Below, in pieces: positions 34,380-44,134 of a DNA stretch of 54,978 nucleotides (the stretch's first letter is position 1; every line of letters begins with the position of its first letter). Both the position numbers and the translations under genes were made by a program. Below the pieces are notes generated by a model, which did no database searches, had not been told where the DNA came from, and saw only the letters and a program-made list of their open reading frames with translations. The stretch is from a virus (taxonomy: Duplodnaviria > Caudoviricetes), in the IMG/VR virus record IMGVR_UViG_3300012930_000006, positions 1 through 54,978 of that record; one strand, written 5' to 3'.

Positions 34380-35248
34380 GCCGCGACTCCTTCACGGACG
34401 TGGCCATAAGCCCGGAGCGTCTCGGCCATGGTCAGCGGTCGTTGTGGCGAGTCGGCGATAATCTTCTCGCGGGTCGTCTTGGTGCGCTTGGCCGCGACGG
34501 CGGCCTTCGGCGAGACCGTTTCCGGCTTGGCATCCGGCTTGGGCGACGGCGCGACCGCAACGCCGTTGAGTGTCGCTGGATCGGTGCAGATGGCATCGAG
34601 ATCGAACGCCTTGCGATAGAGCCAAAACTTCTGACGGTACGGGTGCAACTGCTCGTGCGTGAATTCCCGATGGATAGGCTTCGATCCATCCTTCGGCAGC
34701 AGGATCAAGTGATAGCCTTCGGTGAGCGGCTCGTCGGGGTGTGTCTCGGCCCACAAGATGCCGTAGGCGGCAAGCTGCAGCAGGAAGTCCTCGTAGACTT
34801 CGCCGGTGTTGGTCGTCTTGAAGTCGACGAGACCGAGGCCGCCGCGGATGATCGCGACGGTGTCGAGCGTGCCGCCATACTGGAGCTTCTCGGAGACGAG
34901 AGAAATCTCTTGCATGTAGGCGCGCACGTGGAATGCCTCGCGCCATTGCCGAAAGGCCGCGAAGGCGGCGCTGGCTTTGGTTTTCTGCTCGGCATCGCTG
35001 AGCGTCGCATTGAGATAAAAATCGATATCCCGCTGCGGCTGGCCCTTCATGTCGAGTTCGGCCATCGTGTGCACGGCGGTACCAATGTCGAGCGCGGCGT
35101 TGTCGTAGAGCTTGGCGTGGCCCTGCTTGCCGCGGGCAAACGCCCAGAACAATAGGCGCGAGCGGTCCATGAAGCGACCGTTGATGTCGCCGGTGCCAGG
35201 GATCGACTGACCGGCATGGTTTTTGTATCCGTCCTTTGGGCGAGGCAT
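34376..35248 (-). CDS. PD-(D/E)XK exonuclease-like protein
   Basis: GTAVH, QEISLVS, YGGTLD, LVDFKT and LQLAAY motifs. Confidence 0.85.
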   Translation of the reverse strand: MPRPKDGYKNHAGQSIPGTGDINGRFMDRSRLLFWAFARGKQGHAKLYDNAALDIGTAVHTMAELDMKGQPQRDIDFYLNATLSDAEQKTKASAAFAAFRQWREAFHVRAYMQEISLVSEKLQYGGTLDTVAIIRGGLGLVDFKTTNTGEVYEDFLLQLAAYGILWAETHPDEPLTEGYHLILLPKDGSKPIHREFTHEQLHPYRQKFWLYRKAFDLDAICTDPATLNGVAVAPSPKPDAKPETVSPKAAVAAKRTKTTREKIIADSPQRPLTMAETLRAYGHVREGVAA

Positions 35249-35282
35249 GTGCGTGGTTTCCTGTGGATGAAAGGATGAATGA

Positions 35283-35663
35283 TCATGCGGCGCGGTCGCG
35301 GCGATAGCCGAGATCGTCGGCAATCTCTTCCTCGCGAGCATCGGCGGCGGCGCAGATCGTGTGTGTCGCATTGCCCTCGAGCGCGCCGAGAAGCTGATCG
35401 GCGAATAGCGTGAGATCGACATCCGAGCCGAAATGCATCCGCGCCTCGTGACCGATCGCCAGCAGCGCGTCATCGATGATTTTGGCGATGTCGAGAAGGT
35501 CGCGGGTGAGCGATTGCGCATCGCTCTTGGTACATTCGCCGAACAGCCGGGTCATCTGCAGCGCGCAAAGCTTGCGGCCGGCGGCGTGAATGGCGGTGTC
35601 GAGCGGATTGAAGCTTTCCGCGCGGGGTGGAATCGTGGTAACGACGGAATTGATCTGAGCCAT
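35283..35663 (-). CDS. Hypothetical protein
   Basis: RBS AGGAGG upstream; first gene of the inverted module. Confidence 0.65.
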   Translation of the reverse strand: MAQINSVVTTIPPRAESFNPLDTAIHAAGRKLCALQMTRLFGECTKSDAQSLTRDLLDIAKIIDDALLAIGHEARMHFGSDVDLTLFADQLLGALEGNATHTICAAADAREEEIADDLGYRRDRAA

Positions 35664-35687
35664 AGGTCCCTCCTTGGCTTGGGTTGA

Positions 35688-35772
35688 GAGCCGGGCGGGT
35701 GTGTCAGCACTTGCTCGGCTCGTGATTTTGTGTTAGCACGCGATTATGAAACCGTCAACCCACGAAATCACG
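35688..35772. promoter_or_regulatory. Divergent control region: leader hairpin, leftward promoter and inverted operator pair
   Basis: Hairpin GAGCCGGGCGGGTG/CACTTGCTCGGCTC. CGTGATTTTGTG (35721-35732) and CACGAAATCACG (35761-35772) are inverted and flank a minus-strand TTGACG-N17-TAACAC. Confidence 0.55.
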
Positions 35773-35943
35773 AAATCAGAGAAAAAGAGCAGGGCGGCCG
35801 AAACCGGCACCCCGGTCATGGTTCGGCTGCAGTCTGAATTATTGGCACTTGTCGATGGCTATAGGCGTCGACAGGTCGATTTGCCGAACCGGCCGGAGGC
35901 TATCCGACGGATGGTCGAGATCGCGGCGCGGGGTGGCAGATGA
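35746..35943 (+). CDS. Ribbon-helix-helix (CopG/Arc-like) regulator
   Basis: PVMVRLQSELLALVDGYRRRQVDLPNRPEAIRRMVE. Confidence 0.8.
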   Translation: MKPSTHEITKSEKKSRAAETGTPVMVRLQSELLALVDGYRRRQVDLPNRPEAIRRMVEIAARGGR

Positions 35944-36320
35944 CCCTAAAATACGCACTGATTTTTGCGATGATGACCGGACCTGCCCTTGCCGAAGAAA
36001 CCCGGACATGGACGCTGTTTACTCAGTCTGTCGGCGGTACCGTATCGATGAGTCACGGCCTGACTAAACGCGAATGTGACTTCGCATTGGCGCGTGCAAC
36101 TGGACAACCAACGACTCAAGAAGGCAGAGAGCAGAAACGCGCCGCGATCGAAGGAATTGTCGAGCGTGGGAAAAACTGGTGCCGAAAGCATCCTGACGGG
36201 GCTATCTCCGAAGGCTCCGAGTCCTACAACTGCAACAAAGACGGCACTCTCAACAATGTTGGGTGGCCCGGCCCGCCCGTCATGAGTGGGGATATGAAGC
36301 ACGCGGAGTGCTTCCAGTGA
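35940..36320 (+). CDS. Exported small protein
   Basis: Signal peptide ending PALA|E; 4 Cys; ATGA coupling. Confidence 0.6.
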   Translation: MTLKYALIFAMMTGPALAEETRTWTLFTQSVGGTVSMSHGLTKRECDFALARATGQPTTQEGREQKRAAIEGIVERGKNWCRKHPDGAISEGSESYNCNKDGTLNNVGWPGPPVMSGDMKHAECFQ

Positions 36321-36655
36321 CCGACAAACCCCGCTTCACCCTGACCCTCACACTTCGCGACGGCGTGGGCTTCGAACAACCAATCTCGTGGGCAATAGGC
36401 GTAGACCACGCTTTGCGGATTTCTAGCCGCGCGGTCGATGAGTTGAAGATGGGCGCCGATCTCGGCGTGATGTCGGTGCCAATGGATGCCGTCGTCGAAA
36501 TCGTGCGAACGAAGGAAATTCGCCGGGATATTTTTAAGAATGTGGCCATCCAACTTGCGGAGCAGATGGCCGATCGCATGGAAGATGGCGAAGGATGGCA
36601 CGATCCAGATCGGATCGAACCGGCGCGCAAGCAGCTTGGAGGGCGATGGAAATGA
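36317..36655 (+). CDS. Hypothetical protein
   Basis: GTGA/ATGA overlaps at both ends. Confidence 0.55.
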   Translation: MTDKPRFTLTLTLRDGVGFEQPISWAIGVDHALRISSRAVDELKMGADLGVMSVPMDAVVEIVRTKEIRRDIFKNVAIQLAEQMADRMEDGEGWHDPDRIEPARKQLGGRWK

Positions 36656-37365
36656 CCGAATGGGTTGTCATCGGGGCATGTCTGATCGAGGGGCTCTGCA
36701 CCCTGACCGACAACAGTGCCTTTACTTCGAAGCGCGCATGTGAGGTTCACCGCGCTCAATACGAGTCGGAGCGGCCCGGCAACATCTACGACTGCGAGCA
36801 GCAAGGGCGCGTCACTTCTGACCGTCTCCGCGAGTTGCTGTATCGAGGATGTCGCGAGCGCGGCTGCAACACGGCGTGGTAGTGGGAAAGTGACCGATCA
36901 ACAAATCCTCGACGTCCTCTATGTCGCCGGCCCTCAATGGGGTGATCGGTCGCCGGAAGATATCGTCGCGGCATTGGACGCGGCAGGCTTTATGATCGTG
37001 GCGAAGCCCAAGCCGGATCCAGCAAGCGACCTTCGCACCGATGCTCGCAAACGCTGGCTCGAATCCCTCATGAGTCGCTTGCGCTCATGCGGCGTTGGAA
37101 AAACCTATCCGCTGGATCCGGTCGAGCGCGATCTTGTGCTCGAAGAAAGCGACCGATTGACCAGACTCGCTCCGCGACAACTCACCGTGACCGGGGCTCC
37201 TTTCACTTGCTCCGCTCCAGCTCACCGTGAGAGCCCATCGGCTTGAATCTCCGCTGCTAGTCCACAGAAATTAATTATCCATTCCAAATTCTTATGTCTA
37301 AAACGGTAAATTCAGCGTAGCCAGAATCACGCCGATGTGCATAGGTTCCATACACAGGAGATTGG

Positions 37366-37785
37366 ATGAACGTCTGCGCCATCGCCTTGGTCAAGCTCGC
37401 GGCCGCGGCAAGCTGCCTGATATCCGGCGACAGTATTGCGCTCGGGCTCGCCCAGGCGATGCCAGAATGCGCGGTCGATGCGCAGAACTGCATCCCGTCC
37501 GGCGCCGTTGTGGCCCGCGTTCACGCTTCGCCCATCCTGATCGTCTCCGCCGGATCCAATGATCCGCACTCGGCGAATCTCGCCGCCAACCTGCGGGCGA
37601 TCCGGGCCCGCGCGACCGGCCGCGTGATCTGGATCGAGCCGACCGACTGGCACGCTGCCGCCGTGATGCGCGGCATTGCGGCCAGCGCGGGCGATTCGAC
37701 CGTCGCATTCAAGGCTGGCCCGGACCATATTCACCCGAGCAGCAACCGCGCGCTGGCGGCCGCCGTCCGTCGCGCCATGAGATGA
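37366..37785 (+). CDS. Minimal SGNH/GDSL hydrolase
   Basis: ISGDSIA (block I), VSAGSND (block III) and DHIHP (block V). Confidence 0.75.
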   Translation: MNVCAIALVKLAAAASCLISGDSIALGLAQAMPECAVDAQNCIPSGAVVARVHASPILIVSAGSNDPHSANLAANLRAIRARATGRVIWIEPTDWHAAAVMRGIAASAGDSTVAFKAGPDHIHPSSNRALAAAVRRAMR

Positions 37786-37792
37786 GGACCGC

Positions 37793-38440
37793 ATGCCCAA
37801 TGTCGAGCTCCTGAAAGCCAACAACGCGCATCGCTGGGCGGTGATGCATCTGCGTGCCGCGCGCCTGGGCGACTTCACGGCGACCGCCAAGCGGCTGAGC
37901 GCGCCGGATGCGCGGGCACGCTACGAGGGTGTGACCGAACGTCTCATGGTTGCCGGCTATCAGCCGGTTCCGTGGTGGTTCATCGCGATCATCAGCGAGC
38001 GCGAGTATGGCGGCCCGCCGTGCTGGGACCGCCAGCTCGGCCAAGGCGACCCGCTCGCGCATGTCTCGATTCACGATCCGGCCGGCCGCGGGCCATTCCT
38101 TGATCATGAAGGCGACACCACGCCGGGCAACGACGCATGGACCCGCTGCTGCCTCGATGCGCTGGTCGACTGTGCGCCGCATGCCGCCAAATGGCTGGAC
38201 TGGACCGCCGGCGGCACGCTCACGCTATTCGAGGAATACAACGGCCTCGGCTACGCTGCGCGCGGCGTGCCTTCCGCCTACGTTTGGAGCGGAACCGATC
38301 AATACGTCAGCGGCAAGTATGTCGCCGATCATGTCTACCGGGACAATGTGATCGACGTTCAAGAAGGCTGTGCGCCGATTTTGTCCTGTATGATGGCGCT
38401 CGACCCGTCGATCCAGTTCGCACCGGCGCTCGTCGCATGA
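37793..38440 (+). CDS. Endolysin, lysozyme-like family
   Basis: PWWFIAIISERE..LGQGDPL..GRGPF..EEYNGLGY..GVPSAYVWSGTDQYVSGKYVADH..Q.GCA. Confidence 0.85.
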   Translation: MPNVELLKANNAHRWAVMHLRAARLGDFTATAKRLSAPDARARYEGVTERLMVAGYQPVPWWFIAIISEREYGGPPCWDRQLGQGDPLAHVSIHDPAGRGPFLDHEGDTTPGNDAWTRCCLDALVDCAPHAAKWLDWTAGGTLTLFEEYNGLGYAARGVPSAYVWSGTDQYVSGKYVADHVYRDNVIDVQEGCAPILSCMMALDPSIQFAPALVA

Positions 38441-39153
38441 CCCTCACACACCACCATCTCGCAAAACTCGTCGCATGGCTCTACGGTGCGACCTCGAATG
38501 AGCCCGAGAAGGTCGTCGAAGCTGCCGCAGTCATGACGGCGCTTCGCGGCGAGTTTCCGACGCTGGAGGTTCTCTATACCAGCAACCCGGATGCGGTCGC
38601 GGTCTTTTCCCTCATTCGGATCGATGGGTATTTGATCGTCATCTATCGCGGCTCTTACACAGGTCGCGATTGGCTGCTGGATATCTTGGTCAAGGAAATG
38701 GACCCAGCCGGACGGCCTTCGATCAAGCAGGTTCACAGCGGATTCTACAGCGGCACCGTCGAAGCGTCCGACATCATCATGATGTTCTATCGCGATGACG
38801 ACAAAATCATCATCGCGGCACATTCTCTCGGCGCCGCGCGTGGCGAGATCGAGTGTGAGCACCTTGAAGCAATCGGAATCACGCCGCATCTTCTCGTCAC
38901 ATGGGGCCATCCGGCACCGTTCAAACCATCGACGATGCCTGCGCCAAAATATCCGATCGTCAAATACCGCAACGACGCGGAAAACGGCGAGGAAGATCCG
39001 GTCACCTATTCGACCGACATAGCCGGCTATCGACACCGGACACCTTTCATCGACGTGAGCGCAGTGCCCGTTGACCTGCATTGGTTTGATCCCTTCGCTT
39101 TGCATCACTTCGCACTCTACGAGAGCGTCACACCCGCGACGGAGGTTCCATGA
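38437..39153 (+). CDS. Class 3 lipase-like alpha/beta hydrolase
   Basis: IYRGSYT..DWLLD, VHSGF, nucleophile elbow AHSLGAA, TWGHP, DPV and LHHFALY. Confidence 0.85.
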   Translation: MTLTHHHLAKLVAWLYGATSNEPEKVVEAAAVMTALRGEFPTLEVLYTSNPDAVAVFSLIRIDGYLIVIYRGSYTGRDWLLDILVKEMDPAGRPSIKQVHSGFYSGTVEASDIIMMFYRDDDKIIIAAHSLGAARGEIECEHLEAIGITPHLLVTWGHPAPFKPSTMPAPKYPIVKYRNDAENGEEDPVTYSTDIAGYRHRTPFIDVSAVPVDLHWFDPFALHHFALYESVTPATEVP

Positions 39154-39353
39154 GAGTCGGTCAGATCCTGCTGCTCACCGGTGCGTTCTGCAGCCTCGCG
39201 TTGTTCGCCTCGCTTGAGGTGTTCGCGCCCGCCGAAGTGTGGCACCTCAATGGGCCCGTTGCGTATCTCGGTCGCGGTTTCATCGCCATGGCCGTGCTCG
39301 GTGTGTTTGTCATGGCGTCCGCGCGCCTGGTGCGCGGTTTCGATTTTTCCTGA
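39150..39353 (+). CDS. Small two-TM membrane protein
   Basis: Two hydrophobic helices; ATGA coupling. Confidence 0.55.
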   Translation: MRVGQILLLTGAFCSLALFASLEVFAPAEVWHLNGPVAYLGRGFIAMAVLGVFVMASARLVRGFDFS

Positions 39354-39375
39354 CTGGGCTTAAAGGAGCCAAATA

Positions 39376-39783
39376 ATGGATATGCCAACTCCATCGCAGG
39401 TCAAGGCAGCCGGCCGCCATGCTCTCACGGCGGGGGCGGCGATCGTCGGAACTCTGGCGGCTATGCATCTCATCACGGCGGACGAGGCCGGAAAAATCAC
39501 CGACGCGTTCTCTCAGATCGGCTCAGGTCTCGCCAGCCTTGCGACCGGCTTGAGCACGATCGCAATCGTTCTTTCCGGCTTTTATGCGAGCTGGACCGCA
39601 AGCAAGAAATCGCAAATCGCTGCCGTTGGTGCTCTTGCGCAGGTCCCGGGATCCGGTGTTGCCGGCGTCATCACAACGCCGACGCCCGAAGGTCGCGAGC
39701 TCGCGACGTCTATTCCGGTACCAACTGTCGTCACTGCCGGGACCCAGGATGCGAAGGTGATAGCGAAGGCGGTGACACCATGA
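39376..39783 (+). CDS. Holin-like membrane protein
   Basis: GRHALTAGAAIVGTL.. plus a second TM ending YASWTAS; lies in the lysis cluster. Confidence 0.6.
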   Translation: MDMPTPSQVKAAGRHALTAGAAIVGTLAAMHLITADEAGKITDAFSQIGSGLASLATGLSTIAIVLSGFYASWTASKKSQIAAVGALAQVPGSGVAGVITTPTPEGRELATSIPVPTVVTAGTQDAKVIAKAVTP

Positions 39784-40445
39784 AACGCAACAGCATCATG
39801 ACCGGTGTGCTCGTGCTATCGGCCGCTGTCGCCGTGGCTATCATCATGTTTGCGATGCCTGCGCATGCACAGGCGCCCCAGCCACGTCCGCGTCCGCCGT
39901 TGACCGGCGACGCTGTGAAAGACATCAAGAACGCGATCGGTGGCCAAAATCAGGGCAGCGACGATGCTGCGCAAACCTCAAGCGGCGGGACACGGGCCAG
40001 CGACAAGCTCGCCTCGATCCTCGCGAAGCCGTTCAACGACTTGGCCGACTTCATCAATACGGACGCCGCCGACGCGGCTACCCTGGCAACCGCGATCCCT
40101 GGTCTGCAGGACGGCCATGGGCAGCAATGCTGGATGGCGATGGGGCAGTTCACCGCGGTCCTCAAGGCCCACCCGATCCCAATAACGCTACACGCCGCGA
40201 CCGACCTCGAGGCGTTTCGGCTCGCCAACATGGCGGCTAACAATCTGTGCTCCAACGTGCACTGTACGCAGGTTTTTTCCGACCTCTCGAATGCGGTTCA
40301 GCAGGTTGCCGGCCAGATTGGCGGCGCCATCGTGAGCGGCGGGCTGCAGATCCCGAGCCTCAATAGCCTGTGTTCCAAGGTTCCCCAGGTCATCGTCGCA
40401 GCCCCGGTCGATGTGCCGGCACCTGCCATTCCCACCAAGCCGTAG
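39780..40445 (+). CDS. Exported protein in the lysis module
   Basis: Signal peptide ending PAHA|Q; 4 Cys. Confidence 0.6.
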   Translation: MKRNSIMTGVLVLSAAVAVAIIMFAMPAHAQAPQPRPRPPLTGDAVKDIKNAIGGQNQGSDDAAQTSSGGTRASDKLASILAKPFNDLADFINTDAADAATLATAIPGLQDGHGQQCWMAMGQFTAVLKAHPIPITLHAATDLEAFRLANMAANNLCSNVHCTQVFSDLSNAVQQVAGQIGGAIVSGGLQIPSLNSLCSKVPQVIVAAPVDVPAPAIPTKP

Positions 40446-40457
40446 AGGAGATCCTCA

Positions 40458-40631
40458 ATGTCAGACCGATACACGATCGCGGCCGACGCCGCAGAGAAGG
40501 TCGTCAAGGCCGACATCGCCGCTCATGTGCCGGCCATGTTCCAGGGTCGCATCCCGGCCGACGCGGTGCGCAAGATGGCCGAGGAAATCGCCAAGGCTGT
40601 TGTCGACGCGCTGGACGCTCCGAAATCCTGA
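40458..40631 (+). CDS. 57-aa helical protein (absent from the ORF track)
   Basis: RBS GAGGAG; MSDRYTIAADAAEKVVKADIAAHVPAMFQGRIPADAVRKMAEEIAKAVVDALDAPKS. Confidence 0.6.
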   Translation: MSDRYTIAADAAEKVVKADIAAHVPAMFQGRIPADAVRKMAEEIAKAVVDALDAPKS

Positions 40632-40720
40632 TAGGCCGTGTGTGAAGTACTTCACACCTAGGTATCGCGAGGCGGGGTGACGGACCGGCCTCGATTCTGA
40701 TCTAAAGGAACCCGGAAACC

Positions 40721-40945
40721 ATGGAAGTGATTTCCTGGGTATGGACCCAAGCAGAGCACGCCAGCCCACTCTTCGCGGTCTGCGCCATTATCGTCTGTGT
40801 GTCCCAGTGGAAAGACAACAAGGACCTCCGAAAAACAATCATCGGAATGGGCCAGGCCCAAAATCGGGCAAACATGATGCTCGCAAAAAATCTGGGAAAG
40901 CTGACGGCCACGATCGGCGGCAGCCGGGGACGAGGGGCAGCATGA
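40721..40945 (+). CDS. Small single-TM protein
   Basis: TM segment followed by an amphipathic helix; coupled to 40942-41142. Confidence 0.55.
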   Translation: MEVISWVWTQAEHASPLFAVCAIIVCVSQWKDNKDLRKTIIGMGQAQNRANMMLAKNLGKLTATIGGSRGRGAA

Positions 40946-41138
40946 TGCAGGCCATCGTCGCATTCTTCCGAGAGGCGCTAGTTGCTCATCCCCACCCGAT
41001 CGTGCTCGAGGCGGAGCGCTCGGCCGAGCTCGTGGCCGAGCAAAGCGAGAAGCTCGGCCGGCGCGGTACTGAGTTCGGAAATATGGTAAGGGGTATGCGA
41101 GGAGAATCGCCAGCGCGGCGAGGCCAAAAGAAACCGAA

Positions 41139-41591
41139 ATGAGATCGCTACCCCAACCGCTCCTGCTCGCGCTCAATGGAATATTGCTGATCCTGCTGGC
41201 GGCATGTCTCTACTCAGCCGCGCAATATTTTGTTCAACAACTTCGCTACGCGAGTGCTGACGACGTCGAGGATGTGAACCTCCCTGCAAGGCTGCGCCGC
41301 GTCTACGTCGAGAGCAAGGCCTCGTTTGCCGCAGCGATTCTGTTCTTCGGTCTGTTTCTTCGTATCGGATCAATCTGGGGATTGGAATGGTGCGATCTGC
41401 ATCGCCCGCGCGATCACTGGCTTATTCCGGTGCTCGCGGGCGTGCTCGTGTTCTCGGAAATCCCGACGATCTGGGGTGCGGTTTGTTGGATGCGCGCGGT
41501 GTTGCCGCTCCGATGCGGCATCTGGGCGTGGCCGCTGATGGTTGCCGGCGCGCTGGTCTTCGGTGTCGGGATGGCGCTCTGGCCGAGCTGA
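41139..41591 (+). CDS. Four-TM membrane protein
   Basis: Four hydrophobic segments; last gene of the rightward arm. Confidence 0.6.
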   Translation: MRSLPQPLLLALNGILLILLAACLYSAAQYFVQQLRYASADDVEDVNLPARLRRVYVESKASFAAAILFFGLFLRIGSIWGLEWCDLHRPRDHWLIPVLAGVLVFSEIPTIWGAVCWMRAVLPLRCGIWAWPLMVAGALVFGVGMALWPS

Positions 41592-41598
41592 GGGGAAG

Positions 41599-42678
41599 TC
41601 ACTGGACTTCTGCAAACATGCCGGCATCGCCGCGGATGCGACGCTCGGCCATTGCCGCATATTCGGGATTGAGCTCGATCAGGATGGCGTTGCGGCCGAG
41701 ACGATCCGCCACCAGGCCAGTGGTGCCGGCGCCGCCGAAGGGGTCGAGGACGGTCCCGCCGACTGGGCAGCCAGCCTTGATGCAAGGCTCGATCAGAGCG
41801 GGCGGGAAGGTGGCGAAGTGGGCTTCGGAGAAAGGCTGTGTTGCGACTTCCCAAACAGTGCGACGGTTTCGCAGCGCCCATTCCTTGTCCGCTACCGCCA
41901 AAATTCCATGTTTGGTTTCGTGGCCCGGTAAGCCATCATATTTATAGGTTTTATTTCCGCATGATCTTCCCGATGCTTCTTCCGCAATCGCATCCGCATC
42001 GTAATGATACCGCTCATTCTTGCTCAGCAGAAACAAATACTCATGTGCCTTGGTGCAGCGGTCGCGCACGCTCTCCGGCATCGGATTGGGCTTTGACCAG
42101 ATGATGTCTTGGCGGAGATACCAGCCGTCGGCCTGTAGCGCGAAGGCGACGCGCCATGGCATGCCAATCAAGTCTTTCTGTTTGAAACCCGCCGCCGGAG
42201 GCACCCATGCGCGGCCGATCGCGCCTTCCTGCCGCGCAACTTCATGGAAGCCGGCCGGCAATTGGCTGCCCCTTGTGGCTTGACGCCCAAGATTGGTCAC
42301 GGCCGCATCGCGTGCAGTGGCGCCGATCTCCTCGCGTCCGCGCGTGCGGCGAATCATCGATGCTTCCTGGCTCGCGAGCGAGCCTTGCAGTGTCGAACTA
42401 TCGGCCGTCGGATTGCCGCCGCGGCCGGAACCGGCATAACTGTCACCGAGATTGAGCCACAGCGTTCCGTCTGGCCGCAGCGCACGCCAGACCTCGCGGA
42501 ACACGACGACCATTTCATCGACATAGGCAAAGGGCGATTTCTCCAGGCCGATCTGCCCTGCATGGCCGTAGTCCCGCAGACCCCAATACGGCGGACTCGT
42601 CACCACACAATGCACGCTCTCCGCCGGCAGGGTGCGAAGGATCTCGCGGCAGTCGCCTCTGAGAATTTGGACGGTCAT
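41599..42678 (-). CDS. DNA methyltransferase, N6-A/N4-C beta class
   Basis: VVTSPPYWGLRDY, WLNLGDSY, IIWSKPNPMPESV.DR, HFATFP and VLDPFGGAGTT. Confidence 0.93.
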   Translation of the reverse strand: MTVQILRGDCREILRTLPAESVHCVVTSPPYWGLRDYGHAGQIGLEKSPFAYVDEMVVVFREVWRALRPDGTLWLNLGDSYAGSGRGGNPTADSSTLQGSLASQEASMIRRTRGREEIGATARDAAVTNLGRQATRGSQLPAGFHEVARQEGAIGRAWVPPAAGFKQKDLIGMPWRVAFALQADGWYLRQDIIWSKPNPMPESVRDRCTKAHEYLFLLSKNERYHYDADAIAEEASGRSCGNKTYKYDGLPGHETKHGILAVADKEWALRNRRTVWEVATQPFSEAHFATFPPALIEPCIKAGCPVGGTVLDPFGGAGTTGLVADRLGRNAILIELNPEYAAMAERRIRGDAGMFAEVQ

Positions 42679-42761
42679 TTCCCCTCGCAAATAAGACAGC
42701 CCCGCGCCGTCACGTGTAGTCAAGACGCGCAGCGCGGGGCCGATTCGGGCTGGCGGTGATC

Positions 42762-43619
42762 TCAGCCCGAATTAGTTGCATTGGTGCGCAAGTCGCCTTC
42801 CCGGCTGATCCTGGCCAACCTCGCCAAGGCATGCCGAGTGTCGCGCGGATCAACATCGATTTCCCGAGGTTCGTGCAAGAATGCCGGGCTCGGCTCGCCA
42901 TCGTCGGGCGGAAACATCGGGATCCTGGTGCTGGAGGCGAGTCGTGCGGCGGTGCCTTGCCGAGGCGAGGATCGGACGATGATCGGTGCCTCGACCTCAA
43001 GATGTTCCATGGTGATGATCGGCTCCGCCAGTGGCTCAGCCGTGACCGCTGCTGCGGGTTCCGGCGCCGGGGCCTGAGGGGCCGGCGCAAAGGCGTAGCG
43101 CCTGTGGATGTCCTCGATCTCGTGGATATGGCCTTCGGCGCGGGCCGCTCGAGCTTGGGCTTCGGCGAGCTTGGCTTGGAGTTCCGAGACATAGAGGTTG
43201 ACCCCGGAGAGACTGCGCCGTACGGCCGCATTGTGCTCAAGTGCGGCATGGAAGAATCGCTTGCCCTCTTCGATATCCGCCGCCATCGCTTCCATGTCGT
43301 CGGCGAGCTCGGACGGCAGGACCGACATGATTCGTTCCGGCGCGGGAGCTTGGCGCCAACCCTTCACGATCATCTCGTGCTTGGCGGCCGCATAGCCCTT
43401 GTTGACGAGATCGGCCGCAGCCTCACGGCCAAGCACCTTCTCGCGCAGCGCCAGCGCGCCGGCGCCTGCTGCTCCGGCCGCAATGGCGCCGACGACCAGC
43501 CAGGCGCTCGCCTCGCCAGCCTTGAACATGATCCCGCACAGGATCCCGAACAGCGCCAGCGCGACAATCGTCGCGAGCTGGTAGAGAGAGCTGAGATTTT
43601 TGTCAGAAAGCACGATCAT
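42762..43619 (-). CDS. Membrane-anchored coiled-coil protein
   Basis: Two N-terminal TMs, a coiled coil and a Pro-rich tail. Confidence 0.55.
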   Translation of the reverse strand: MIVLSDKNLSSLYQLATIVALALFGILCGIMFKAGEASAWLVVGAIAAGAAGAGALALREKVLGREAAADLVNKGYAAAKHEMIVKGWRQAPAPERIMSVLPSELADDMEAMAADIEEGKRFFHAALEHNAAVRRSLSGVNLYVSELQAKLAEAQARAARAEGHIHEIEDIHRRYAFAPAPQAPAPEPAAAVTAEPLAEPIITMEHLEVEAPIIVRSSPRQGTAARLASSTRIPMFPPDDGEPSPAFLHEPREIDVDPRDTRHALARLARISREGDLRTNATNSG

Positions 43620-44134
43620 TCTCCTTTTGGGTTTGTGGATCCAGCATCGTTGGATTCGCGCAGCATCCATTCCCGGCCTTTGTAGGCTTTGGCAAAGCCG
43701 TTCTGGATTCGCGGATCATCCGAGATTTTCGGAATCGTGTTTATTGGTCGCGGCTTCGGCTGATCTATTCGAACGCCATTTAGGCGAAAGTTGAAATACC
43801 TCATCTTGATCCACCAGCCAGGATTGGCCAGCATGAATGCCTGCCAAACTTCTGGCATCATGTCGCCCTTGAGATTGTTGCATAGCCAGCAGCACCACAC
43901 GGTTCTGCGACCACCTTTCGAGCGCGGAACGATGTGATCCCGCGTCGGGTGGGAGGAGGTCCACGCAAGAAGTTCACGGCAGCAATAGGCGCAGTATTCT
44001 CCATCGCCTTTCGGAAGGGGTCGAATCGGGGAACGACGCATTCTCTTTCTCATAATAATAGGTACGATAGTCGGTCGTTTATCAAATGCGCCCGCGCGCA
44101 GCAACTCGACCCATTGGCGACTCCCGAGAATCAT
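43616..44134 (-). CDS. HNH endonuclease (true start probably downstream)
   Basis: CAYC...TRDHIVPRSKGG...CWLCNNLKGD. Confidence 0.85.
   Translation of the reverse strand: MILGSRQWVELLRAGAFDKRPTIVPIIMRKRMRRSPIRPLPKGDGEYCAYCCRELLAWTSSHPTRDHIVPRSKGGRRTVWCCWLCNNLKGDMMPEVWQAFMLANPGWWIKMRYFNFRLNGVRIDQPKPRPINTIPKISDDPRIQNGFAKAYKGREWMLRESNDAGSTNPKGE

Noticed and set aside
40458-40631. MFQGRIPADAVRKM as a sixth copy of the shared C-terminal tag
   Set aside because: It lacks the IS and KA residues and the basic context, is mid-protein, and lies far from the cluster.
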